64,000 nucleotides of DNA from Octopus sinensis (GCF_006345805.1 NC_043023.1:868001-932000), one strand, 5' to 3'. Shown: positions 51,130 through 64,000, numbered from the stretch's first letter. The notes: generated by a model not told the origin, from the letters alone. Translations and numbers: made by a program.

Positions 51130-52076
51130 CATGCATGGGCAACCTGCAGCCCGAGGGCCACAGGTGGCCCTTGACATGCAGTTGTGCAGCCCTTGCCGAG
51201 TTTCTACGTTACTCATTTCATACTAAGACAAATAAAATTTCATACACAGACAAATATAATTTTATACAAAGACAAATAAAATTTCATACAAAGACAAATA
51301 AAATTTTATACTAAGAGAAATATAATTTCATACAAAGACAAATAAAATTTCATACTAGGACAAATAAAGTTTCATAAGATAAATAACATTTCATACAAAG
51401 ACAAATAACATTTTTACTAAGACAAATAAAATTTCATGCTAAGAAAATAAAATTTCATACTAGGACAAATAACATTTCATAATAAGACAAATAATATTTC
51501 ATAATAAGAAAATATAATTTCATACAGACAAATAAAATTTCATACAAAGACAAATAAAATTTCATAATAAGGAAATAAAATTTCATACTAAGACAAATAT
51601 AATTTCATACTAAGAGAAATATAATTTCATACAAAGACAAATAAAATTTCATACTAAGAGAAATATAATTTCATACAAAGACAAATAAAATTTCATACTA
51701 GGACAAATAAAGTTTCATAAGATAAATAACATTTCATACAAAGACAAATAACATTTTTACTAAGACAAATAAAATTTCATGCTGAGAAAATAAAATTTCA
51801 TACTAGGACAAATAACATTTCATAATAAGACAAATAATATTTCATAATAAGAAAATATAATTTCATACAGACAAATAAAATTTCATACAAAGACAAATAA
51901 AATTTCATAATAAGGAAATAAAATTTCATACTAAGACAAATATAATTTCATACTAAGAAAATATAATTTCATACAAAGACAAATAACATTTTGTAGAAAG
52001 ACAAGTAAAATTTCATAAGAAAATAAAATTTCATACAAAGACAAATAAAATTTCATAATAAGACAAATAGAATTTC
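51130..52076 (+). mobile_element. hAT/Charlie-like terminus followed by a 22-bp minisatellite array
   Basis: CATGCATGGGCAACCTGCAGCCCGAGGGCCACAGGTGGCCC resembles Charlie/SPIN-type ends; about 40 units of AAGACAAATAAAATTTCATAC(T/A) at 51215-52076. Confidence 0.7.
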
Positions 52077-52828
52077 GCTGGGGGGGCACATTGCACCATT
52101 TCCAACAGACTGATAGAATAAGTACTAGGCTTACAAAGAATAAGTCCTGGGGCCAGTTTATTTGACTAAAGGCGGTGCTCCAGCATGGCCACAGTCAAAT
52201 GACTGAAACAAGTAAAAGAAAGCTTAAAAAAATGAGTGATGGGATTAATTCATTTGACTAAAATTCTCCAGGGTGATGCCCGAGCATGGCCATAACTGAA
52301 ACAAGTGAAAGGCAAAAGGTATATATATATATGTATTTGTGTGTGTGTGTGTGTGTTTGTGTCCCCTTGTCTTGACATTGCATGTTAGCTGTAAATGAGT
52401 GTCACTGTCATATAAGTGGTGTTATTCATTTTCAATGTTGTGCAAAAACATGTCTGGCCACGAAGTAAATATCTTGCATGAAAAGGAGTAAGGATAGGAG
52501 ACAGGAAAGGCATCCAGCTCAATCTGCCTCAATAAACTTGCCTGACCCATGAAAGCATGAAAAAATGAACATCCAAATGATAATATATAATAATAATAAT
52601 TAATTCTTTTTATTGGACACAAGGGCTGACACACATAAAGGGACAAAACAGGACGGAAGGTTACAAAAGGTTTTGTCCGTTTGTGAAAAAAAACGAGTAA
52701 AAAGCAGTATAACAACGAAAATATAACAACGAATAACTCCCAATAGAGGAGACGCTTCGAAAAAGAAAAGGTCTCACGTGGATAAACCCATAAAAGCCAC
52801 GGGAGCCTGGTCAAAAGCGGGGTAGAGA

Positions 52829-53160
52829 GCCCAGCTCAGTGGTTAGAGCGTCGAGCTTACGATCGTGAGGTTGTGAGTTTGATTCCCTGACCGGGCTGCG
52901 TGTTGTGTTCTTGAGCAAGACACTTTATTTCACGTTGCTCCAGTTCACTCAGCTGTAGAAATGAGTTGCGACGTCACTGGTGCCAAGCTGTATCGTCATT
53001 TGTCTTTCCCTTGGATAACATCAGTGACGTGGAGGGGGGGAGGCCGGTATGCATGGGCGACTGCTGGTCTTCCATAAACAACCTTGCCCGGACTTGTGTC
53101 TAGGAGGGTAACTTTCTAGGTGCAATCCCACGGTCAGTCATGACCGAAGGGGGTCTTTTA
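52829..53160 (+). mobile_element. tRNA-Arg(ACG)-derived SINE family C
   Basis: Head GCCCAGCTCAGTGGTTAGAGCGTCGAGCTTACGATCGTGAGG with ACG in the anticodon-loop position, degenerate B-box GAGTTTGATTCCC, and TTGAGCAAGACACTT core. Confidence 0.85.
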
Positions 53161-53202
53161 ATATTAATAATAATGATACTAGCAACAACTAATATTATTC
53201 TC

Positions 53203-53690
<488 letters not shown>

Positions 53691-53909
53691 TACCTTTTAA
53701 ATATTATTAAGATATTATCAACAATATATGAAAAACAATAGGTAGAAGTGTGGTTGTCTGGTAAGAAGCTTGCTTCCCAACCACATGGTTTTGGGTTCAG
53801 TCCTACTGCATGTCACCTTGGGCAGGTATCTTCAAGTCTCGGGCTGACCAAAATCCTACTAGTGGATTTGGTTGAGGGAAACTGAAAGAAGCCTTTCTAG
53901 CATGTGAAA

Positions 53910-54320
53910 TTGTTGATCCAAGCATGTTTTTCTCTTCTCTCCATTTCTTTTTTCTCTCTCTTTTCTTTCTTTAAATCTTTCTTTCAAAGAGCATAGGTTT
54001 GAAACATCAAAACTCTTCCATTTTTCCTGAGTGTCAAACTAATACACTTTGCTGTTCTCTTACCTGTCTCTGTCTTTTGGATTTAATACATTGGAACCAT
54101 ATATATATATATATATGGTTCCATGATAGATCGGTAGCCACTACACACATTCTTTTCTCTCCTTGTTTTTTTTTTCTGTGTCCCTTTCTGTAGAAGAGCG
54201 TAGGCTCGAAACGTAAAAGACTTTTTCTATGCCTGAGCATTATACTAATACATCTGTTTGTTTTGTACACCACCTGTCTTCGTCTTTTGTTTTTTTCGTG
54301 AACTCTCCCTCTCTCTCTCT
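53910..54320 (+). mobile_element. Two tandem family E (hammerhead-like) copies
   Basis: Degenerate copy at 53910-54090 and better copy at 54115-54310; core motif at 54184-54219. Confidence 0.7.
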
Positions 54321-54338
54321 CTATATATATATATATAA

Positions 54339-54371
<33 letters not shown>

Positions 54372-55069
54372 AGAATATATAAATGTGTGTATGTTTTTGC
54401 CCCCAAATACATCTTGACAACTAGTGTTGGTGTAATTATGTCCTTGTAACATAGCGGTTTTGTAAAAGGGGCCGATAGAATAAATACCAGGCTTTAAAGA
54501 TAATGAGAAAAAAAAACTGGAGTCAATTAGTTCAAACAAAACTCCCCAAGGCATTGCTCAAGCATGGCCACAGTCTAATTACTGAAACGAATAAAAGATG
54601 AAAGTTAAATACCTTCAGATCTTAAAACATGGAAGAAATCCTCTTCCATCACTTTTATTTCTTTTTTTACATTTTATCTAGTTTCAGCTCACAAGCTGTG
54701 GCCATACTGGGGCACCGCCATTTCACAAAACTATTAACACAAATATCAATTGTTATGACAACTAAGAAAAGATTTCTATTCTAATATCTTCCATGTGGTG
54801 TTTCTAAATTTATAGGAATTCTCTGTGAATGGTGTGTATATAAATACAGGCTTTATGCCATGGCATTCTAGCTTTCTAAACCATAGAACAATAGAAAAGC
54901 TAAGGAAGACAATTGTGTATATATTTATATACGTATAATATAATGAATGGGTGAATGAAATAATGCGCATTGAAACAAGCTGACAAAAAAAAAAGATCTC
55001 AGTTTGTGGCATAGTGTAGGTATCACATCAAATCGAGTCTATGCTTCACCACCACAAGTTCCCCACCTT

Positions 55070-55549
55070 TAGTATATTATGGTGTGTGTGTGTGTGTGTA
55101 TCCATACACACTGATTCACACAACTGTATATTGATATATGTTATATGTATTAAATATATGGATGTTATATATGTCATATATATATATATATATATATATA
55201 TTTATGTCTATCTTATAAACATATATAATGTATATATATTTATGTATATATAAGTAACGTATTTTTGCACGAATGTGTGTGTGTATATATATATATGTTT
55301 ATACATACATATGCATACATATATACATATATATGTGTGTGTATATGTATATATATATATATAAAAACCTATGCATATATATATATATATATATATACAT
55401 TTACACACACGCACACATATATATCTGTGTGTATGTGTACATGCATGCATGTATTTGTATTGCATATGTGTGTGTGTATATGTATATATATATGTGTATA
55501 TATATATATATGTGTGTGTGTATGTGTGTGTGTGTGTATATGTATATAT

Positions 55550-55589
<40 letters not shown>

Positions 55590-55655
55590 GTATATACATA
55601 CATACATACACATACATATATATATATATTATATATATACACACACACATGTACT
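55070..55655. repeat. Degenerate (TA)/(TG) field
   Basis: Direct inspection. Confidence 0.9.
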
Positions 55656-55794
55656 TATAAAATTTCTGAGAAGCTGAATTCTGATGTAAAATGATTCTTT
55701 GATACAGTTTGTTGCAACTCCAGTCATTTGAATTTTATTCTTGATTCTTCAAGAAATACTTTTGACAAATATATCGATAGAGATGTAGGTGGTG

Positions 55795-55952
55795 CAGGCA
55801 TGGCTTTGTGGTAAGAAGCTTGCTTCCCAACCAGTTCTGGGTTCAATCCCAGTTTGGCACCTTGGACAAGTGTCTTCTTCTACTATAGCCTCAGGCTGGC
55901 CAAAGCCTTGTGAGTGGATTCGGTAGACGGAAACTGTAAAGAAGCTCCTCTT

Positions 55953-55983
<31 letters not shown>

Positions 55984-56148
55984 CATATGATGGGCTTCTT
56001 TCAGTTTCTGTCTACCAAATCCACTCACAAGGATTTGGTCGGCCTGAGGCTATAGTAGAAGACACTTGCCCAAGGTTCCACACAGTGGGACTGAACCCAG
56101 AACCATGTGGTTGGTAAGCAAGCTACTTACCACACAGCCACTCCTACA
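55795..56148. mobile_element. Inverted pair of SINE A heads
   Basis: 55795-55948 on the plus strand and 55990-56148 on the minus strand, separated by (CA)n. Confidence 0.85.
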
Positions 56149-56514
56149 CATATTATAGAAATATTAACAAACCAACACCGGTTGTGTAGCAGCAGTGGAG
56201 GACAAACACAGACACAAATACACGCATATATGTGGCACTCGTTTGCACCTGTACAGGTAATGTCAATCTGATGGAGAGAGAGAGAGAGAGCTTATGTGCA
56301 ATACAAACATTTGACCCCTATAAACAAATATTCTGTGCAGGGTTTCCAGCAAGAAATTGTGACACCCTTACCTATTGTCTAAACCTTTAATATTTAAACC
56401 AGCCATATCCGGTCCAAACCAGCTAGATCCAGTCTTTCACACCTACCCTACAATGTCATTCTATAAATATACACTCATATGATTGAACTCTCAAAGCTAC
56501 AAGATAATCCATTG

Positions 56515-56902
56515 TCATTATCATCATTGCTGTTTAATGTCCACTTTCCATGCTGGCATGGGTCGGACGATTTTGACTGAGGGCTGGCAAGCCAGTAGGC
56601 TGCGCCAGGCTCCAATCTGATCTGGCAAAGTTTCTATAGCTGGATGCCCTTCCTAATGCCAACCAATCCGAGAGTGTAGTGGCTGCTTTTTATGTGCCAC
56701 TGACTGGCCCTTGTGCCGGTGGCATGTAAAAGCACCCACTACACTCTCTGAGTGGTTAGCGTTAGGAAGGGCATCCAGCTGTAGAAACTTTGCCAGATCA
56801 AGTTTGGAGCCTGGTGCAGCCATCTGGTTCGCCAGCCCTCAGTCAAATCATCCAACCCATGCTAGCATGGAAATCAGACATTAAACGATGATGATGATGA
56901 TG
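56515..56902. mobile_element. Second head-to-head RTE 3'-UTR foldback
   Basis: 56532-56700 is the reverse complement of about 56719-56886, with an ~18-bp spacer. Confidence 0.85.
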
Positions 56903-57122
56903 ATAATATATACATATATATATATATAAATGTGTGTGAATTTAAAATGTGTTAGAATAAAAGATGAGATGATTTCAGCTGGAATGTCTTTGATCATAAG
57001 TCTACTGGATGAAGACTGACCTAGGGTTAAACAACAACAGCTATAGCTTACAAACCACATGGTTCCGGGTTCATTTCCACTGCGTGGCACCTTGGGCAAG
57101 TGTCTTCTACTATAGCCTCGGG

Positions 57123-57154
<32 letters not shown>

Positions 57155-57157
<3 letters not shown>

Positions 57158-57366
57158 AGATGCCATGATAGATCATTAGCTACTACACACATTTTTTTTC
57201 TCTCATTGTTTCTCTCCTTGTTTTTTTCTGTGTCCCTTTCTGTAGAAGAGCGTAGGCTCGAAACGTAAAAGACTTTTTCTATTCCTGAGCACTATACTAA
57301 TACATTTGTTTGTTTGTACTCCACCTGCTTTCGTCTTTTGTTTATTTTCGTAAACTTTCCCTTTAT
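57155..57366 (+). mobile_element. Family E hammerhead-like repeat flanked by (TA)n
   Basis: Core motif at 57236-57271 is identical to 54184-54219. Confidence 0.75.
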
Positions 57367-58039
57367 ATACATATGTATATGTGCGTGTGTGTGTGTGTGT
57401 GTGTGTGTATGTTTGTGTGTCTGTGTTTGTCCCTCCAACATTGACAACCGATGCTGGTGTGTTTACATCCCTGTAACTTGGCGGGTCAGCAAAAGAGACC
57501 GATACGATAAGTACTAGGCTTACAAAGAACATGTCCTGGGGGCGATTTGCTCGACTAAAGGTGGTGCTCCAGCATGGCCACAGTCAAATGACTGAAACAA
57601 GTAAAAGAGTAAAGAGGTGTGTTACAATTGCAATTGTTAGTAATGTAGCCCAGATATGCTATAACTGAATAAAAGTTGGGATGGTCACAATAAGAACGTC
57701 ATTGACCAGAGGTCTTCTGGATTAGGATTGACTTTAGCTTAAACCAGAACAACTACAGCTTCTAATACAAACTATGGTACTGTACATTAGATAATGTAGT
57801 CCAAGATAGACTGTGTTTGAAGTAATGATGGGATAGTGAGAGCAGTAAAAACTTTGATCAAATGCCTGCTGGATCAGAACTTACCTTGGGTTAAACAAAG
57901 ACCAATTTTCAATGAAATCTCTGTCTATTAAATACAGATTCATATAAACAAATTAAAGGGACAAAACACTATTTGTATGCAAGAGAGGGAAAACAGATCA
58001 CACTATAGCCATACACACTCATTTAAATCGGTATGAACA

Positions 58040-58281
58040 CGTATGCATGTGTATGTGTGTGTGTGTGTATACACATACATGCAGACTTATATGTCTTTAT
58101 ATGTCCATATATATCATATATATATATATACACACACATACATACATACATATATATATAGATACATACATACACATGTATATGCAATATGTATGTATAT
58201 ATCTTTATATGGATTTATATAAATATATATATATATATAGCATGTACATGTGTATGTATGTATCTATATATGTATATATAT

Positions 58282-58318
<37 letters not shown>

Positions 58319-59460
58319 TGATATATATGGACATATAAAGACATATAAGCCTGCATGTATGTGTGTGTATATATAAACACACACACGCATACACATATAC
58401 ATACATACATGTAAGCTTATATGTCCATATATATCAATATATATATATATACATATATAGATACATACATATACATGTACATGCAATATGTATGTATATA
58501 TGTTTATATGGATTTATATAAATATATATATATATATATATGTATGTATATATATATATATATGTATGCATATATACATATATATACACACATATATTTG
58601 TGCGCACATATGTATATGTATGTATGTGTATATATATCTATATGTGCATGCTGAATGTATTCATAAATCATTTTTACAATAGATGTACACATACACACAC
58701 ATGCGAATATAGCTAGATATGTATATATATATATACATATATACACACAAACTTGCACATACACAGAAACGTTTATATACATCCACATATAGATGTGACA
58801 CACAGACACACGAAAATCTAACGTAACACTTTAACAATGGTTTCGGTTTCCTCTCTTCCTCCTCACCAACCCCACCGCGACCATCACCTCTTTACATACT
58901 AGCACAACACACACACCTGCCCCACCTACCCACCCACCCAGTTCGGCCACCCTTATTAGAAATGAGTCATCAGCTAGTATGTGATCGGTAGACACTTATG
59001 AAATTCAATATGGCTGCCTGAGAATGTACGTAGACAGGACTATTAATTTCCTAACCGGACATTCGGACACTGTCCACCAATAAGCGGTGGAGACGGTGTG
59101 GAAGCTATTACTGAACCTCTATATATTTGTGGTATATAATATATATATATATATATATTAATATATATACACACACACACATAAATATATGTATTAGTTT
59201 CCTGCTATTATTGTACGAATAATATATATATATATATGTATGTATATATGTTTATATGGATTTATATAAATATATATATATATACACACACATATATATA
59301 TATATGTATATGCATATTTGAATATATGTATGTATATGTATATAGATGTATATGTATGTATATATGTATGTATATTTATGTATATATATACATGTATATC
59401 TATGTATATGTATGTATATATGTGTATGTAGGTATATATGTATATATATATGCATATGTG

Positions 59461-59496
<36 letters not shown>

Positions 59497-59900
59497 ATGT
59501 GCATGTGTATGTTTGTATATGTATGTATATATCTATGCATGCACACACATACATATATGTTAGTATATATACATATGCATGGACACACATGCACACACAC
59601 ACAGACATGCCTGTATCATATATATAATGAGAGAGAGAGAGAGAGAAAAGAGAAAGATGTACTTCAATGCTTATGAGGTTCCAGGGAAAATAGATAGGTT
59701 TGTCTACAAAGACACATATGTATAGTTGTATGCACACATACACAAACATTTTACACACACATGCACACAAACATAGATACATGCTCAAATGCATTACGTC
59801 TGTGTATATACATCCATGCTTATATATATATATATATATATATACATAAATTAGTAGATTTACACATATACACCAAAGCAACATGGGAATGATAATGGTT
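58040..59900. repeat. Degenerate (TA)/(CA) field with local direct and inverted duplications and a unique island at 58800-59120
   Basis: GTTTATATGGATTTATATAAAT recurs near 58200, 58500 and 59250. Confidence 0.85.
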
Positions 59901-60459
59901 CCATATAATAATAGCTGTAAAGTATATGACAAACCAAAAGTCCTCCGGCCAAAATCCTTTAACAGGATATTGCTTTAAGAAATGTGCCTTTTATTGCCAA
60001 GATTCGATAAGAATAGTATCAAGGGTACTTTAAAACTGCTCTGCGGGTCATCCCTGTCTCTTGGACCTGATAGCATGCTTGAACTTCATGTATGAGATAT
60101 GCAGACAGTGCCCACAGTTTCTTCTTAAAGTATTGTTGCATTACTAAAAACATTGTAAAATCTCAGTATGCTGGATGGAGGACTACCTGTTTTTACTTGT
60201 TTCAATCATTAGACTGCAGCCATGCTGGAGTACCACCTTGGAAAACTTTTATTTAAATGAACTGATTTTTTATTTTTAATGTTTTTCAAGCCTAGTACTT
60301 ATTCTATTGGTCTCTTTACTAAACCACTAAGTTATGGGGACATAAATATGCTAATACTCATCGAGCGGTGATGGGGGAGAAACAGACACAAAGACACATA
60401 TAAAGATGTAAATATACATATATATAATATATATATGTATATATATAAAAAGTTAATCC

Positions 60460-60595
60460 AAACAAGAAAGCACAAAAAAACAACAACGCGAGGACGTGGA
60501 ACAAATATAGTATTATTGGATGCTCAGGAAAGAAGGAAAGAAGGAGGGTTTAACGTTTCGAGCGGAGCTCTTCGTCGGAAACATAGGAGAAGGAA
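60460..60595 (-). mobile_element. Second copy of the 47000-47130 hammerhead-bearing repeat
   Basis: Reverse complement of 60548-60582 reads GUUU-CCGACGA-A-GAG(CUCCG)CUC-GAAACGUU-AAAC. Confidence 0.7.
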
Positions 60596-60829
60596 ATGCG
60601 TGTATATGTTTGTGTGTCTGTGCTTGTCCCCCCAACATCACTTGACGTCCGATGGTGGTGTGTTTACATCCCTGTAACTTGGTGGTTTGGCAAAAGAGAC
60701 CAATAGAATAAGTACTAGGCTTTCAAAGAATAAGTCCTTGGGTCAATTTGCTCGACTAAAGGTGGTGCTCCAGCATAGCCACAGTCAAATGACTGAAACA
60801 AGTAAAAGAGTAATAGAGTATAACCTACA

Positions 60830-60865
<36 letters not shown>

Positions 60866-60900
60866 TATATATATATATTATATATATATATGTATGTATA

Positions 60901-60933
<33 letters not shown>

Positions 60934-61760
60934 TCGACAGGCTTCTTTCTGTTTCCATCTGCCAAATCCACTCACAAGGCTTTGGTCAGCCTGAGGCTAT
61001 AGTAGAAGACACTTGCCTAAGATGCCATGCAGTGGGACTGAACCTGGAACCATATGGTCAGAAACCAAGCCTTTTACCACACAGCCATGCCTGTGCCTTT
61101 GTTGTTCATCATTTACTCACAGTAATTGCAACCAGAAGGTTGTGTGTTCAAATCCAGTGAGTGTCACCAATTGTCATGAGATTGTTACAACTCATCACAT
61201 AGGTCATGGAAGGAATGGTATAGAGATGCTGATGGTCAAGCTGGGTTCTGGTTGTGTATAAATGATGCATAACACTCGTGAGCAATTAACAGGCACTTTA
61301 TTCTCTGCACAAAGCATTTTTTCCATTTTGGTCTTTGAATTAATAATACAAACAACAAAACAGAGACTCTGGAAAAGACAATTCTGTCGTTATGACAGAC
61401 TGGTTGGTTAAATAGGTTCTGTGACTAAGCTGTCAAGATAAATGATGTTGATAAATCAAACCAGATTCATGGCTGCAGTTCTGTTGCTGTTGTCTGTTCG
61501 GTTGGATAAGAAGTTGTTAAAACAACTGTTAAATGCTGAAAAATGAGAATGTGGTTTCTTTTAATGATGCTGATTTCCAGCATTCTCAGGCAAGAGGTGA
61601 GATCTGTGAAATGAAACGGTAAGAATGGAGGCACATCTTATCCAGTCAGGCATGGCTGTGTAGGAAAAAACTTTGCAACCACATGGTTCACTGCTTCTAC
61701 AATCACCTTGGGTTGACCAAAACCTTGTGAGTGGATTTGGTAGATGGAAACTGAATTGAA

Positions 61761-62180
61761 GGCGGCGAGCTGGCAGAATCGTTAGCACGCCAGGCAAAAT
61801 GCTTAGCGGCATTTCGTCTGCCGTTACATTCTGGGTTCAAATTCTGCCGAGGTTGACTTTGCCTTTCATCCTTTCAGGGCCGATAAATTAAGTACCAGTT
61901 ATGCACTGGGGTTGATGTAATCGACTTAATCCGTTTGTCTGTCCTTATTTGTCCCCTCTGTGTTCAGCACATTGTGGGTAGTAAAAGAAATAGGTATTTC
62001 ATCTGCCATTACATTCTGAGTTCAAATTCCGCCGAGGTCGACTTTGCCTTTCATCCTTTCAGGGTCGATAAATTAAGTACCAGTTACACACTGGGGTCGA
62101 TGTAATCAACTTAATCCCTTTGTCTGTCCTTGTTTGTCCCTTCTATGTTTAGCCCCTTGTGGGTAATAAAGAAATAAGAA
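61761..62180 (+). mobile_element. Two tandem MetaSINE-type copies, the second 5'-truncated
   Basis: Head GGCGGCGAGCTGGCAGAATCG; ACATTCTG(G/A)GTTCAAATTC recurs about 184 bp later; GCCTTTCATCCTTTCAGGG(C/T)CGATAAATTAAGTACC Meta-like domain. Confidence 0.8.
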
Positions 62181-62481
62181 GCTGAATGAAGCCCATCATG
62201 TGTGTGTGTGTGTGAGTGTTTGTGGTTCTCTGCTTGGCAACCAGTGTTGGTGTGTTTATGTTCTTGTAACTTATCAATTTGGCAAAAGAGATCAATGGAA
62301 TAAGCATTAGGCTTAAAAATATTCCTGGGATCAATTTATTTGACTAAAGCTCTTCAAGGCAGTACCCCAGCATGGCTTCAGTCAAATGACTGAAACAAGC
62401 AATGGCGTAGTTTAAGAGTGCAGGCTACTAACCCCAAGATTCTGAGTTCGATTCCAAGCAGTGACCTGAACAATAATATAA

Positions 62482-62518
<37 letters not shown>

Positions 62519-63079
62519 TTGAAGATAGGAATGAGAACCCAGGTTCGAAATTTCCCCAAGACAACAAACAAGGTGAGGGACAAATATCCATCAAATGTAA
62601 ATAATGTAAATAATGAAAAGATACGGCTGACCCCAGGACTATTTTAAAGCCTAATGCTTATTCTATTGGTCTCTTTTGCCAAACTGATAAGTTACAGGAA
62701 CATAAACACACCAACACCGGTTGCCAAGCAGAGAACAACAAGGTTGCCTCACATGTTGGCTTGATGTGATTGGTCAATTAATTGGCTGATCACAGGAATT
62801 AAATGTTACTAAGCTGTGATTTTTACTTGGCAATTTGCTGATTGCACCATCAGTTTCACTGTTCATGACCATCTTCGATCCAGGGGCAAGACCAGGTCAG
62901 AATGACAGGGGATGGAGATGGATGCAGGGAATGACCAAGGCATCTTGTTTAGCCCGGGGTTACAGTAGAAAACACTTGCCCAAGGTGTCATGCAGTGGGA
63001 CTGAACCTAGAACCTTGTGGTTGGAAAGAAGACTACCTACCACACAGCCATGCCTGTACCTAAATATATGCATACCTTC

Positions 63080-64000
63080 ACACACACACACACACACAAT
63101 TGTACATATACCTATCAACGAGTTTTGGCATAGGATATCCTATGTTCAAACACACACATACACACAAATATACACACACACAGACACATATACACACACC
63201 TATACACACACACAGATACACTCACACACACATATGCAGACATACACACACATGCTCACACACACACATGTTCACAAACACACATACGCAGACATGTACA
63301 CAAACACACACACACATACGCAGACACGTACACACACACACGCATGTTCACACATGCACATATCTAGACACACACTCACACACACACACGCCCATGTAAC
63401 ATCACTTCCACAGCAACCTCCGGAGTACAATAATTGTCTACAATTCACCTCCACCCAATCAACCTCCATCACCATCCTATTGTATCCACCACCACCTTCC
63501 TCTCTTCTCTTCCCCTCCCCCATGGAGTACTTCAATGATAACTTGGTTTCCAATCCATAAAGTGAAAATTGAAAGCTGTCATTGTTGCAGTTTAGTGGTG
63601 TTGTTGTTGTTGTTGATGTTGTTGTTGGTGTTGTTGTTGTTTTTGTTGTTGGTGGTGGTGGTGTTACTAATGCATTAGTTGTGGTTACTTTTAGTTAATG
63701 TTGGGACCATTACTACTGCTGCTGCTGCTGCAGTAGTGGTAGTAGAAGTGGTAGTAGAGTAGTAGTAGTAGTAGTAGTATGAGAAAAATAGGAAGAATGA
63801 GGAGGAAGAAGAAGAATTGGAAGAACAAGAATTAGGAGGAGGAAAAGAAGAAGAACAACAACAAAAATGGAAGAATGGAAGAAGAAGAAGAAGAAGAAGA
63901 ATTAGGAGGAGGAGGAGGAAAAGAAGAAGAAGGATGCGAAGAAGATGGAGGAGAAAAAGATGAAGGAGGAGGAGAAGGAGAAGAAGAATAAGAAAAAGAA
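63080..64000. repeat. (CA)n, then (GTT/GTA/GAA/GGA)n low-complexity sequence
   Basis: Direct inspection. Confidence 0.9.

Noticed and set aside
51215-52076. CRISPR-like regular repeat array
   Set aside because: Monomers are contiguous with no unique spacers, there are no cas genes, and the context is eukaryotic.
52829-52900. Possible tRNA-Arg gene
   Set aside because: The B-box is degenerate, there is no clean acceptor stem, and it continues into a SINE body with two other copies in the window.
59040-59115. FLTGHSDTVH (WD40-like) and TAYWWTV (K+ channel pore-like) peptides
   Set aside because: Each similarity is only a few residues, flanked by stops, and lacks the required downstream motif or good splice sites.
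61583-61625. Micro-exon candidate with TTTCCAG acceptor and two GT(G/A)AGA donors
   Set aside because: Splice-like hexamers are common by chance; no supporting evidence.

Overview
AT-rich, repeat-saturated eukaryotic DNA, intergenic or deep-intronic in character, with one 100-N scaffold gap at 26662-26761. The SINE families and very high microsatellite density look like a coleoid cephalopod, probably Octopus; this is recognition from memory, not a database result. I cannot support any intact host gene, tRNA, rRNA or CRISPR array, and nearly all long ORFs in the track are microsatellite or SINE artefacts. Real coding traces are decayed transposons: a near-complete Tc1 with DD36E spacing, a DD34D mariner, other mariner-like fragments, three R4/Dong-type LINE fragments and RTE 3' ends. 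Non-coding mobile DNA includes Helitrons, foldback MITEs, a hAT end carrying a higher-order minisatellite, several tRNA-derived SINE families and an (AAT)n-embedded retroposon. The most interesting signals are a dispersed repeat carrying Penelope-type minimal hammerhead ribozyme motifs with covarying stems, the DD36E Tc1, recurrent head-to-head RTE-tail foldbacks, and a long-TIR foldback family that can be rebuilt from two partial copies. Coordinates were read by eye and are approximate to within a few to tens of bases.
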